Below, in pieces: positions 28,428-39,050 of a stretch of 64,000 nt of DNA. The stretch lies in contig CAWBYW010000016.1 of assembly GCA_963792965.1 (NCBI GenBank), forward strand, positions 32,001 through 96,000, written 5' to 3'. The stretch's first letter is position 1. The number at the start of each line of letters is the position of its first letter. Under the pieces are notes generated by a model. The model ran no database searches. It saw nothing but the letters and a program-made list of their open reading frames with translations, and had not been told where the DNA came from. A program made the position numbers and the translations under genes. Source of the DNA: an uncultured delta proteobacterium (GTDB lineage Bacteria > Desulfobacterota > Zymogenia > Zymogenales > Zymogenaceae).

Positions 28428-29868
28428 TTAGAGACTTGGAATTGCTGGGAATACTACGATTTCACCTTCCGTATTCTTTATCGCTTCTCGACACTTTCGA
28501 GCAAATTCTGGATCATCATTCTCCTTGAGATACACGTGCGACAAGAAAAGAGATCGGGGGTTCTTACTAATGCAATTTTTGATAATTTTGCTGTTGTAAT
28601 ACATTTAGTCGTAAAGAAATCTATCTCTTCCTCAAGTGGCCTCAGTCGAAAGGCGTTATCCAAAGAGTGACCCCTTTGGCGTATTCATTAGTATCTTCCT
28701 TATTAAAGTCCTCATCGAGGTTCGTCCTGAGCTGTCTGATTTTTTCTACGGCTATCGCGCTATTATCCTTACCTTCTGCTTCCCCAAGAAACCTTCCCTC
28801 CGGGCCTGTAAAGATTGAATCAAACTCTGAGGACTCGTCTGCGTAGTTATCGGCCATAAAACCGAGTATTTTTAGAGCCTCAATAACCGACAATTCTAGA
28901 GGCTTTCCTGTTTCGTATAGCAGTCTCTTTAGATTCGTCTCTCTGTCTATCTCCCCCTCTAACACTTGAATTCTACTTCTTATCCCATTTATTCTCATTT
29001 GGAATTCTGCTATTGCCTTTTCCTCCCTATCTATCTCTTGGACGATCCTCAATTCACTTATCAGTTCATAGTCTTCTGACGAAACCCAAACCGGTTGTGT
29101 TGTATTCCGATCATTTAAATGCAGTAGCTTGTGGATTTCTAAGAGATTTGATCTTAATATTCTTCCGACTTCCACCGCTTTCTCGTAATCTACCGGCCTG
29201 TCTTCGTACGGATCGTATCCTACTATCTCATCTTCAATGTCACGAAGCATCGGCAGAAAAACAAAACAGCCCTTTCCAATTCTTTTGTAGCCACCTAGCA
29301 CCTTCTTGGTATCTTTAGTAGTGAGCAGTGGCTCTATAGTAGCTTTTTCTATATAGATCTCACTCTCAGTCCACGGTCCGAAACTATCCCAGTAGCTGTT
29401 TATAATTTGTGAATCCTTTACTTTTAAGATTTCCTTGGCGCTCTTAGGAACTATATTTCCTATCGAAATTGGTAAGATATCATAATTAGAGAATATCTTT
29501 GATTCGAAAGGATCATTGATAAAATGACCAATATATGGATGGTTTCTTTTAACATCCTTATGAATAAATACCTCTTGGATTTTAGATAAAAAAACGATTA
29601 TTGTTTTTCCTGATTTAATCGCCTCTTCAATTTCAGATTTCCACTGATAACAATCCTCCAAGAGTTCTACCGAGCTATTTATGCTAAGCTGAGGCTTAGC
29701 GCTGCTTGCCATTCCTATTTCCCTCGAACTTGTAAAATATGGGTAGATATCCGGCTGAAAAACAATTATATCCCCATCAAGTAAAGACTGGTTCGATTCT
29801 AAAGAATGGCTCTCTATAACCTCTCCCGGCCACTCAAAACCTATAGAAATTATCTTCTTCTCGGCCAT
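28428..29868 (-). CDS. AT-rich hypothetical protein with coiled coil and C-terminal restriction-endonuclease-like domain; indels near 3' end
   Basis: start MAEKKIISIG; heptad-rich segment; LELSVIEALKILGF...EFDSIF...FLGEAEGKD; continues in other frames (NAFRL...RTPDLF...ARKCREAI...PSL*). Confidence 0.6.
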
Positions 29869-29995
29869 TCCTTTTCTCTTTGCTTGCTTTGTAGTTGTTT
29901 TATTATATAAGTAACACAAAATAAGACACCATGTCAAGGCGGCATCGTAACAGCCCGAGGCTCGCGCCCCCCATATGGAAGGCAACGACACCATT

Positions 29996-30121
29996 CCGTC
30001 ATTGCGAGGAGCGAAGCGACGTGGCAATCCCCTGACTATTGAGAAGGAACGCCTTTTCAACCTGCGTTCTTACGTGTAATATGGGGATCGCCACGCCCCC
30101 TTCGGGGGCTCGCGATGACGG
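29996..30121. repeat. palindromic REP/RPE-like element
   Basis: CCGTCATTGCGAGGAGCGAAGCGACGTGGCAATCCCC ... GGGGATCGCCACGCCCCCTTCGGGGGCTCGCGATGACGG inverted arms. Confidence 0.75.
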
Positions 30122-30207
30122 TGTGTTGAATGATCTGCATTCCCAAACCCTCCTTGATCATCGGATAACCTCTCTTTCCTAGACCACATGAATTCCCAAA
30201 AATCATC

Positions 30208-30236
30208 TTGACAAGTTTCCCCTCCCATGTTAATTT
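30208..30236 (+). promoter_or_regulatory. sigma70 promoter of tRNA-Lys/Leu-tig
   Basis: TTGACA-N17-TAATTT with extended TG. Confidence 0.65.
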
Positions 30237-30262
30237 TTCAGGATATGGATTAATACTTCTCC

Positions 30263-30338
30263 GGGCCATTAGCTCAATTGGTAGAGCAACTGACTCTTAA
30301 TCAGTAGGTCTCAGGTTCGATCCCTGAATGGCCCACCA
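30263..30338 (+). tRNA. tRNA-Lys(CTT)
   Basis: GGGCCAT/ATGGCCC acceptor, ACTGA-CTCTTAA-TCAGT, CCA end. Confidence 0.97.
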
Positions 30339-30366
30339 TTTTTCTTCCGGTACGTTCCGCCGAGCA

Positions 30367-30452
<86 letters not shown>

Positions 30453-30519
30453 CTTTCCCGCCCGCATCATTTTGCACTCATAACAATCATCCCATACACA
30501 TAACGAGGAGTTCGATCTC

Positions 30520-31854
30520 ATGAAGGTAACCGTGGAAGACGTGTCGAGCGTCAAGAAAAAAATCACCGTCACCGTCCCCAAGGACGCGGTCAACGCCGCC
30601 GTCGAGGATGCCTATACCGCTATCAATAAGAAGGCCAAGGTCAAGGGCTTCAGGCCCGGCAGGGTCCCCCGTCCCATCCTGAAATCTCTCTTCAAGGATC
30701 AGATGAGGGAGGACGCCGCCGAAAAACTCTTCGGCGACACCTACCCCAAGGCGCTCGACGAGGCCGGCGTCCACCCGGTCTCTTACCCCGAGGTCGACAC
30801 CAAGGGCGTCACCGAAGACGAGGAGTTTATCTACTCCGCGGCCGTAGAGATCATGCCGGCCCTCGAGCTTTCCGATTACAAACAGATCGAGGTCGAGCGG
30901 CTGAGGGTCGATATCGGGAAAAAAGAGATCGAGGACTTCCTGAACAGACTGGCCGATTCCCACGCAACCCTTGAAGCGGAAGAAAAGGAGCGACCCATAA
31001 AGAAAGGCGACATCGTCACCGTCAGCTTCGAGGGATTCATCGACGGCAAACCCGCCAAAGACACCAAGGCCGAGAACTATCCCGTTGAGATCGGAGCGGG
31101 AAGATTTATCGAGGATTTCGAGAAGAACCTGATCGACAAAAAGCCCGGCGAGCACCTCGAGTTCGAGGTCACCTTCGGGGCCGATTACCATAACAAGGAC
31201 CTCGCCGGAAAAACCGTGACGTTCCATGTCGACGTCAAGGAGATCAGGGTAAAGAAGGTCCCCGAGATCGATGACGAATTCGCCAAGGATGTGGGCGAGT
31301 TCGCGGACCTCAAGGCCCTCAAGGAAGACGTGAAAAAGCGCCTCGAGGAGGCCGCCGCGAAAAGGGAGGACCAGGGGATACGGCAGCGGATCGTGAAGCA
31401 GCTCGTTGAAAAGAACCCCGTGGATGTTCCCAAGGCGCTCGTCGAGGCCCAGAGCGTCGATATCATCAGGGACACCGAGATGCGTCTGCGCTCCCAGGGG
31501 CTTTCCCTTGAGATGATGGAGAGCAAGCCCGAGGAGATGTTCCAGACCGTCCGTCCGCGCGCGGAGTTCGAGGTAAAGGCACAGCTGATCATCGGCGAGA
31601 TCGCAAAGCGCGAGGGCATCACGACGACGAGGGAGGAGGCCGAAGAGCGCCTGAAGAACGATGCCGAGTCGCTCAGGATGAAATATGACGAAATAAAGAG
31701 ACGGTATGACAAGAACGACTCCTGGGACGAATTGACCACCCGGATGACTGAGGAAAAAACCCTTGATTTTCTGGCAAAGCTTGTTAAAATAAAAGAGGTG
31801 AAGAAGCTGTCGAAGGAATTTGAGACCGATGAGGGGGCTGAAGACGAGAAATAG
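30520..31854 (+). CDS. tig: trigger factor
   Basis: GFRPGRVP signature, FKBP domain, context before clpP. Confidence 0.97.
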   Translation: MKVTVEDVSSVKKKITVTVPKDAVNAAVEDAYTAINKKAKVKGFRPGRVPRPILKSLFKDQMREDAAEKLFGDTYPKALDEAGVHPVSYPEVDTKGVTEDEEFIYSAAVEIMPALELSDYKQIEVERLRVDIGKKEIEDFLNRLADSHATLEAEEKERPIKKGDIVTVSFEGFIDGKPAKDTKAENYPVEIGAGRFIEDFEKNLIDKKPGEHLEFEVTFGADYHNKDLAGKTVTFHVDVKEIRVKKVPEIDDEFAKDVGEFADLKALKEDVKKRLEEAAAKREDQGIRQRIVKQLVEKNPVDVPKALVEAQSVDIIRDTEMRLRSQGLSLEMMESKPEEMFQTVRPRAEFEVKAQLIIGEIAKREGITTTREEAEERLKNDAESLRMKYDEIKRRYDKNDSWDELTTRMTEEKTLDFLAKLVKIKEVKKLSKEFETDEGAEDEK

Positions 31855-32047
31855 GCCTTTCCGGAAGACGGGAGGACGATTTTTCGATAGCGGATCCGAA
31901 AGACAGCTTCTGGGACCGAAAAACGACGTATTTCTTAGTTTATGGAGGGGCGTGCGCCCCGGAAAGTGAAGAACACGCATAAACGATAGCGGCACGGCGA
32001 AAATGAGGGGGGGGGCCATCGCGGCGGCAAATACTATCCCCCGCCAC

Positions 32048-32076
32048 TTGACGAAACCGTGAGCAATTATTATCTT
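32048..32076 (+). promoter_or_regulatory. putative sigma70 promoter of clpP
   Basis: TTGACG-N17-TATCTT. Confidence 0.55.
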
Positions 32077-32155
32077 ATCATCAAGGGGGCTTTTACAGGA
32101 GGCGCTAGCCGTCACGATGGAAAGCCCCTTTATACTGTGTAAGAGGATCACCGGT

Positions 32156-32740
32156 ATGTCACTTATTCCGATCGTGGTGGAACAGGATGGCCGCGGCGAG
32201 CGGGCATTCGATATCTACTCGCGTCTCCTCAAGGACCGGGTGATATTCCTGGGCACCGTCATCACAGACGAGATCGCAAACCTCGTCATCGCTCAATTGC
32301 TCTTCTTGGAGGCCGACGACCCTGACAAGGATATCAGCCTCTATATCAACTCGCCGGGCGGAAGTGTGACGTCGGGCATGGCCATCTATGACACCATGCA
32401 GTATATTAAACCATCCGTCTCCACCATCTGCGTCGGTCAGGCCTCGTCCATGGGGGCGGTCCTGCTGGCCGCAGGCGCCAAGGGAAAGCGACTTGCGCTC
32501 CCCCATTCGCGTATCCTCATCCACCAGGTCATGGGTGGATTCGAGGGGCAGGCCTCGGACATCGACATTCACGCAAAGGAGATCCTCAGGGTCAAGGAGG
32601 AGCTCAACCTTATCATCTCCCGTCACACGGGCCAGCCCATCGAGAGGATCGTTGCGGATTCTGACCGCGACTTCTTCATGACGGGTATCCAGGCCAAGGA
32701 ATACGGCCTCGTGGACGAGGTGATCGAGAAACGCAAATAG
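32156..32740 (+). CDS. clpP: ATP-dependent Clp protease proteolytic subunit
   Basis: [29 protein letters not shown]. Confidence 0.98.
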   Translation: MSLIPIVVEQDGRGERAFDIYSRLLKDRVIFLGTVITDEIANLVIAQLLFLEADDPDKDISLYINSPGGSVTSGMAIYDTMQYIKPSVSTICVGQASSMGAVLLAAGAKGKRLALPHSRILIHQVMGGFEGQASDIDIHAKEILRVKEELNLIISRHTGQPIERIVADSDRDFFMTGIQAKEYGLVDEVIEKRK

Positions 32741-32834
32741 TTTTGACGGGATGCGGTATGATGTGAGATAATAGACGTACGTAGGGATATGCGACATCAT
32801 ACGCGGTTTTATGTAACATAAGGGCAGCAACATA

Positions 32835-34082
32835 ATGGACGATCTCAAAGAAAAAGAGCGGGAACGAGGGATGTTTTGCTCGTTCTGCGGCAAGAGTCAG
32901 AAAGACGTAAAGAAGTTGATTGCGGGGCCGACGAGCTTTATCTGCGACGAGTGCGTGGAGCTCTGCAACGATATCATCGCCGAGGAATATGAGCGCGAGG
33001 AGCTCAACAAGACGCACTCGGAGATCCCCAAGCCGGTCCAGATAAAGGCATTCCTCGATGAATACGTCATCGGGCAGGAGCGCGCCAAGAAGATCCTTTC
33101 GGTCGCCGTGCATAACCATTACAAACGAATAGACTGCGACACGCGGGGCAGCGACATCGAGCTGCAGAAGAGCAATATCCTGCTCTTGGGACCCACCGGG
33201 TCCGGCAAGACGCTGCTGGCGCAGACGCTTGCGAAATTCCTCAAGGTACCCTTCACGATCGCCGACGCCACGAGCCTTACCGAGGCGGGATACGTGGGAG
33301 AGGATGTCGAGAACATCATCCTCAACCTCCTACAGGCCTCGGACTACGACCTCGAAAAGGCCTCGCGTGGGATCGTTTATATTGACGAAGTGGACAAAAT
33401 CTCCCGCAAGAGCGAAAACCCGTCGATCACCCGGGACGTTTCCGGCGAAGGAGTACAGCAGGCCCTCCTCAAGATCATCGAGGGAACCATCGCCAACGTG
33501 CCCCCCAAGGGCGGCAGAAAACACCCCCAGCAGGAGTTTCTCCCCGTCGACACGACCAACATACTCTTCATCTGCGGGGGAGCCTTCACGGGACTGGAAA
33601 AACTCGTGGAGAGGAGGCTGCATTCCAAGACCCTCGGCTTCGGGGCGGATATCAAGAGGAAAAAGGAGATGGATATCGGCGAGACCCTGGCCCAGGTGCA
33701 GCCTATGGACTTGATCAAATACGGGCTGATCCCGGAGTTTGTGGGGAGACTCCCGGTCATCGCCTCCCTCACCGATCTCTCGGAGGAGGCACTCATCAAG
33801 ATTCTGACCGACCCGAAGAACGCCCTGGTCAAGCAGTACCAGAAGCTTTTCGATTTTGAGAAGGTGAAACTGAGATTCACCGACGGCGCGCTGGCGTCGA
33901 TAGCCAGACTCGCCATCGAGCGCGGCTCCGGAGCGCGGGGACTTCGCTCGATCATGGAGAACATCATGCTCGACTTGATGTATGAAATCCCCTCGCAGAA
34001 GAACATCAAGGAATGCATCATCAACGATGGTGTCGTTATGAAAAAGGAGAACCCGATCATACTCTACGAGAAATCGGCCTGA
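32835..34082 (+). CDS. clpX: Clp protease ATP-binding subunit
   Basis: CSFCGK zinc domain, [22 protein letters not shown]. Confidence 0.98.
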   Translation: MDDLKEKERERGMFCSFCGKSQKDVKKLIAGPTSFICDECVELCNDIIAEEYEREELNKTHSEIPKPVQIKAFLDEYVIGQERAKKILSVAVHNHYKRIDCDTRGSDIELQKSNILLLGPTGSGKTLLAQTLAKFLKVPFTIADATSLTEAGYVGEDVENIILNLLQASDYDLEKASRGIVYIDEVDKISRKSENPSITRDVSGEGVQQALLKIIEGTIANVPPKGGRKHPQQEFLPVDTTNILFICGGAFTGLEKLVERRLHSKTLGFGADIKRKKEMDIGETLAQVQPMDLIKYGLIPEFVGRLPVIASLTDLSEEALIKILTDPKNALVKQYQKLFDFEKVKLRFTDGALASIARLAIERGSGARGLRSIMENIMLDLMYEIPSQKNIKECIINDGVVMKKENPIILYEKSA

Positions 34083-34121
34083 GCGGCCGATTCCGAACCC
34101 GATACAAGGAGAACGTAGACA

Positions 34122-36572
34122 ATGTTTTTCAAGAATGAAAAAGATGAATTATCTCATACCGCCCAGGGGGAGAACCTCATACCTCTGCTTCCCCTGAGGG
34201 ATATTATCATCTTCCCCCATATGGTGGTTCCGCTTTTCGTTGGAAGGAAGAAATCGATCAACGCCCTGGAATCGGCGATGTCCGCCGATAAGAGCATCCT
34301 CCTTTCGGCGCAGCACAACGCGAAGACCGATGATCCCGGGCCCGACCAGATCTACCAGATCGGCACGGTGGGCATCATCATACAGCTGTTGAGGCTCCCC
34401 GACGGGACGGTCAAGGTCCTCGTCGAGGGAAAGCAGCGGGCGCGCATCAGACGGCACGTCCCTAATGAGGACTATTTCCTGGTCGATGCCGAGCTGATTG
34501 TGGAGAACAACGACGTCACTCCGGAGACGGAAGCGCTCATGCGCTCCGTCAACAGCACCTTTGAGACCTACGCCAAGCTCAACCGGAAGATCCCGCCGGA
34601 GATGATCCTTTCGGTGGCCTCGATCAGCGAGTCGTCTCGGCTCGCCGATACGATCGTCACCCACCTCAATCTGAAGATCGAGGAGAAGCAGTCGGTTCTC
34701 GAGCTCGAACAACCCGCCAAAAGGCTGGAAAAAGTCCTCTCGTTCATGCAGAGCGAGATCGAGATACTCCAGATCGAGCGGCGCATCAAGAACCGCGTCA
34801 AAAAGCAGATGGAGCGGACTCAGAAAGAATACTACCTCAACGAGCAGATGAGGGCCATCCAGAAGGAGCTCGGCGAGAAGGACGAGTTCAAGAGCGAGCT
34901 TAAGGAGATCGAGGATAAGATCAAGAAGAAAAAGCTGTCCGCCGAGGCGCGCGACAGAGCAGAGAAAGAGCTGAAGAAGCTCAAGATGATGTCTCCCATG
35001 AGCGCGGAGGCGACCGTCATCAGGAACTACCTCGACTGGATCCTTGCCCTCCCCTGGGGCGAATATACCGAGGACAAGCTCGATATCGACGAGGCCGCCC
35101 GGATCCTCGAAGAGGACCACTATGGGCTCAAGAAGCCCAAGGAGCGGATCCTTGAATACCTCGCCGTCAAGCACCTGAAAAAGGACATGAAAGGCCCCAT
35201 CCTCTGTTTCGTCGGCCCCCCGGGGGTCGGCAAGACGTCGCTGGGCAAATCCATCGCTCGTGCCACCGGCAGGAACTTCGTGCGGCTCTCGTTGGGCGGC
35301 GTTCGGGACGAGGCGGAAATCAGGGGCCATCGGCGCACCTACATCGGCGCGCTTCCCGGCAAGATCGTCCAGTACCTGAGGAAGTCGAAGTCCTCCAACC
35401 CCGTCTACCTCATGGACGAGGTGGACAAGATGAGCACCGATTTCCGCGGTGATCCGTCGGCGGCGCTCTTGGAGGTGCTGGATCCCGAGCAGAACAGCAC
35501 GTTCAACGACCACTACCTCGACCTTGATTACGATCTCTCGAAGGTGATGTTCATCACGACGGCAAACCTGCTCTACAACATCCCGAGACCGCTGCAGGAC
35601 AGGATGGAGATCATCCAGATCGACAGTTACACCGAGATCGAAAAGCTCAACATCGCCCAGAAGTTCCTGGTCAAGAAACAGGCGGCCGAAAACGGGCTCA
35701 AGGAGGCCGGCATCTCGTTTACCGATAAGGCCATGCTTACCGTCATCCGGAACTACACCCGTGAGGCCGGCGTGAGGAGTCTCGAGCGCGAGATCGGCTC
35801 CATCTGCCGCAAGGTGGCCAAGGAGGTCGTCAGGCACGGGCCCGAGTTTACGATCCTCATTACGCCAAACAGGGTCCGCAAGTATCTCGGCATCCCCCGC
35901 TTCCGCTACGGCAAGCTCGAGGAAGAGGATACCATCGGCATCGCGACCGGCATGGCCTGGACGGAGGTCGGCGGTGAGCTCCTCACCATCGAGGTGAGCG
36001 TTGTGCCCGGCAAGGGGAAGCTGACCATCACCGGCAAGCTCGGCGAGGTCATGCAGGAGAGCGCCCAGGCGGCCATGAGCTACGTCCGGAGCCGCGCCGA
36101 TGAATTGGGGCTTGACCGCGACTTCTATCAGAACATCGACCTGCACATCCATGTCCCCGAGGGCGCCATCCCCAAGGACGGCCCGTCGGCGGGCATCACC
36201 ATGGCCACCGCCATCGCCTCGGCCCTCACGAAGATCAAGGTCAGGCGCGACCTCGCAATGACCGGGGAGATCACCCTGAGGGGCAGGATACTCCCGATCG
36301 GCGGCCTCAAGGAGAAGCTCCTGGCCGCAAACCGCGGCGGCATAAAAGAGGTCATCATCCCCTCCGAGAACGAGAAGGATCTCGAGGATGTCCCCGATCG
36401 GATCAAGAAATCCCTCAAGATTTCCCACGCCGATCACATGGATCAGGTGTTGAGAAAAGCCCTGGTCCTGAGCGACGCCGATGAGTTCTTCAGGAAGAAC
36501 AGGGAAAACAAGGAAAAGGAATTCGTGAAGGTGGAGCATCCTTCACCCGAGGAGCGGGTGGCCGCCCACTAA
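34122..36572 (+). CDS. lon: Lon protease
   Basis: [31 protein letters not shown]. Confidence 0.98.
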   Translation: MFFKNEKDELSHTAQGENLIPLLPLRDIIIFPHMVVPLFVGRKKSINALESAMSADKSILLSAQHNAKTDDPGPDQIYQIGTVGIIIQLLRLPDGTVKVLVEGKQRARIRRHVPNEDYFLVDAELIVENNDVTPETEALMRSVNSTFETYAKLNRKIPPEMILSVASISESSRLADTIVTHLNLKIEEKQSVLELEQPAKRLEKVLSFMQSEIEILQIERRIKNRVKKQMERTQKEYYLNEQMRAIQKELGEKDEFKSELKEIEDKIKKKKLSAEARDRAEKELKKLKMMSPMSAEATVIRNYLDWILALPWGEYTEDKLDIDEAARILEEDHYGLKKPKERILEYLAVKHLKKDMKGPILCFVGPPGVGKTSLGKSIARATGRNFVRLSLGGVRDEAEIRGHRRTYIGALPGKIVQYLRKSKSSNPVYLMDEVDKMSTDFRGDPSAALLEVLDPEQNSTFNDHYLDLDYDLSKVMFITTANLLYNIPRPLQDRMEIIQIDSYTEIEKLNIAQKFLVKKQAAENGLKEAGISFTDKAMLTVIRNYTREAGVRSLEREIGSICRKVAKEVVRHGPEFTILITPNRVRKYLGIPRFRYGKLEEEDTIGIATGMAWTEVGGELLTIEVSVVPGKGKLTITGKLGEVMQESAQAAMSYVRSRADELGLDRDFYQNIDLHIHVPEGAIPKDGPSAGITMATAIASALTKIKVRRDLAMTGEITLRGRILPIGGLKEKLLAANRGGIKEVIIPSENEKDLEDVPDRIKKSLKISHADHMDQVLRKALVLSDADEFFRKNRENKEKEFVKVEHPSPEERVAAH

Positions 36573-36589
36573 TAGATCGTCGGATCGAT

Positions 36590-36622
36590 AAAAAGGGAGA
36601 ACGTTTCGTTCTCCCTTTTTTT
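36590..36622 (+). terminator. intrinsic terminator after lon
   Basis: AAAAAGGGAGAACG-TTT-CGTTCTCCCTTTTTTT. Confidence 0.85.
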
Positions 36623-36814
36623 ATTCTGGCACATCGGTTTTCGTCCCTGAGACCAAAGGGGAGAGGCGACGGCGTCTCTCAGATTGACTGCCGACGAAAG
36701 GGGGCGGCGCTCCAGCGGCCGGGTGCTTCTCCGTTTTCGGCCTGCCCGTTTCCCTTTTTTCTTGACAACAAAATCGGCCCATGAGAGTATTAAAGTTCTG
36801 GCGGCAGGGCCAAT

Positions 36815-36890
36815 GGGCGGATAGCTCAGCTGGTAGAGCACCGGCCTTACAAGCCGGGGGTCACAGGTTCAAACCCTGTTCCGCCTACCA
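36815..36890 (+). tRNA. tRNA-Val(TAC)
   Basis: GGGCGGA/TCCGCCT acceptor, CCGGC-CTTACAA-GCCGG, CCA end. Confidence 0.97.
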
Positions 36891-37015
36891 TATCATACAT
36901 ACCCGGGAGGACGGAGAAGAGCGAGACACGGTCGGTTTCCCCAAGACATAACGACCGCCGCGATTGCCGGTGCATCAGATAGAAAGAGGAGCTCGGGAAA
37001 CAGAAATAAGAAAGA

Positions 37016-37092
<77 letters not shown>

Positions 37093-37100
37093 GAATAAAG

Positions 37101-37128
37101 AAAAGCCCTCGCATCGCGAGGGCTTTTT
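37101..37128 (+). terminator. intrinsic terminator after tRNA-Asp
   Basis: AAAAGCCCTCGC-ATC-GCGAGGGCTTTTT. Confidence 0.85.
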
Positions 37129-37248
37129 CGTATCCATCACGTTCTCTCTCCTTGGCGCTGCCTCTTCTTCCTCTTTTCCGCTCTCTCCCGCGTGTCAAAA
37201 CCTCTAGCGAAAGGCCCACGCGCGTGGGCGTCTGAACGACGTGTGTCT

Positions 37249-38283
37249 CTATCGTGATATCATTCTTCCCTTATACGTGATCGACTCGATAATCCGCTCG
37301 GCCTTCTTTTGCATATCCGGCGTCAGCGGGGCGTACTGGAGTGGCTCGCAAAACCGTTGCCCGTCGTGGGTCATCCACCAGACGAGATCGACCAGCGCCT
37401 TGGCCCGTCTCTCCGACATCTTCCGAGCGCCCAGCTCCCGATTGAGGACGATCCAGGTGAACCCGGCGATCGGATAGCCTTCTTTCTCGTCGGTATCGAC
37501 AAGTGAGATCACGGTGTCATTGGGGATCTCTACCCGGGCGCAGGTATCCAGAGACTCAAGAGTCGGGAGGACGAAGTTACCGTGCTTGTTCTCGATCATC
37601 GCCCGCGGCAGGTCGTTGATGAGCGCGTATGAGAGTTCGACGTAGCCGATGCTGCCGGAAAGATTCTTGACCAGACCCGTCACGCCCGCGTTCCCCTTCG
37701 CCCCAACGCCTGTCGGCCACCGGATGGAGAGCCCCGTCCCGACGTGCTCTTTCCATACGGGACTGACCTTGCTGAGGTACTGGGTAAAGATGGCGGTCGT
37801 CCCGCTGCCGTCGCTCCGGTATACCACGGCGATGGGTCGGTCGGGGAGGTCCACGCCCGGATTTGCGTCGGCGATGGCCGGGTCATTCCAGCTCTTAATG
37901 AGGCCGGAAAAAATATCGACCAACACCGGGCCTGAGAGCTTCAATACGGGATTCCCGGGGATATTATAGGTGACCGAAACGCCTCCCACGGCAATGGGAA
38001 CGTAGACAAACCCGTTTGCCCCATCGCCCGTGATCGGCACGTCCGTCCCTCCAAAATCGACGGACCTGGCCAAGAGCTGTCTGATACCTCCCCCCGAGCC
38101 TATGCCCTGATAGTTGACCTTCACCTGATAGAGCCGATAGTAGGCGTCGAACATCTTGGAATAGAGGGGATGGGGAAAGGTGGCGCCCGCCCCAAGCAAC
38201 TCCTCGCTGGACAAAAGGAAAGGGAGTGCGATGACGGCACCCGCGACGGCCAGTGCGACGATAATCAGAAGTCTCTTTACCAT
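37249..38283 (-). CDS. pstS: phosphate ABC transporter substrate-binding protein
   Basis: GAGATFP, YQGIGSGGG, RSDGSGTT, YPIAGFTW. Confidence 0.93.
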   Translation of the reverse strand: MVKRLLIIVALAVAGAVIALPFLLSSEELLGAGATFPHPLYSKMFDAYYRLYQVKVNYQGIGSGGGIRQLLARSVDFGGTDVPITGDGANGFVYVPIAVGGVSVTYNIPGNPVLKLSGPVLVDIFSGLIKSWNDPAIADANPGVDLPDRPIAVVYRSDGSGTTAIFTQYLSKVSPVWKEHVGTGLSIRWPTGVGAKGNAGVTGLVKNLSGSIGYVELSYALINDLPRAMIENKHGNFVLPTLESLDTCARVEIPNDTVISLVDTDEKEGYPIAGFTWIVLNRELGARKMSERRAKALVDLVWWMTHDGQRFCEPLQYAPLTPDMQKKAERIIESITYKGRMISR

Positions 38284-38422
38284 TGTCCTACCATGTTATG
38301 TCTTGACGGTCCCCAGCTAAAAGTGCTCCGCATCTTTAGACGCTTTGGCGCCGCCGGGCTCCGCTCCGCGCGAGTCTTCTCTCTCATCGGTACCCCCGGT
38401 AAAACGCGCTGTCCTCGTGGTG

Positions 38423-39032
38423 CTATACGGTCGTGGGCCCCTCGCCGGTGCCGACCACCGCCTTCTTCTTTTTCTGGCTCCTGACGATCAGCACCACGAT
38501 GACGATCAGGCCCGCGACCACCAACAGGAAGATCACGCCGATGACAGGCAAGGATCATCCCCACCGTCTTGAAAGCCGTCTCCGGGCTCATCTTGTCGAT
38601 GATGTTTGTGTCATAGATATAGAAATAGTAGCCGACCCTTTCCACCGTGAAGGTCGCCGACAGGCCGGAGACATTCCATTGGGGCCCTTGGGCCGAAAAG
38701 GTCCCCGACACCTCGTACATGACCCCCGGCTTGATCTCCTTGATGTTTTCGTCGGAGAGATTCGGATAAAACGAGAGTTTCACCCCGCCGGAGGCGATCC
38801 GCGCGTAGAGCCCGTTGGTCAGCGCCGTGCGCCTCTCCGGGGGCATGTTCGGAGAGAAGAGGCTGATAATCTGCTGGGTGTTACCCTGGTTGACGTAGGT
38901 CTCGAAGTAGCCGAAGAGCCACTTGAGCTGCTCTTTGTCCTGCGGCGTCAGAGACACGCCGACGGCGCCCTGGGCCGCGATACCGAGTACGATGAGTGCT
39001 CCCAATAAAACCGCGATCGCTTTTGTTTTCAT
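38423..39032 (-). CDS. exported protein with C-terminal TM anchor, frameshift near 38550
   Basis: signal peptide; corrected frame ends PVIGVIFLLVVAGLIVIVVLIVRSQKKKKAVV...TV*. Confidence 0.6.
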
Positions 39033-39050
39033 CCCGATCTCCTCGTTGGT

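Noticed and set aside
28390-28432. attC after the AT-rich orphan (CTCTAAC at the stop)
   Set aside because: No matching GTTRRRY core or palindromic L boxes downstream.
31860-32155. c-di-GMP or other riboswitch between tig and clpP
   Set aside because: GGCAAA present but no GEMM architecture; explained by a promoter plus a simple hairpin.
34149-36539. 796-aa antisense ORF over lon (also long antisense ORFs over tig, citrate synthase, rarA, GGDEF, SPFH)
   Set aside because: Shadow ORFs from GC-rich codon bias opposite well-supported genes; no motifs.
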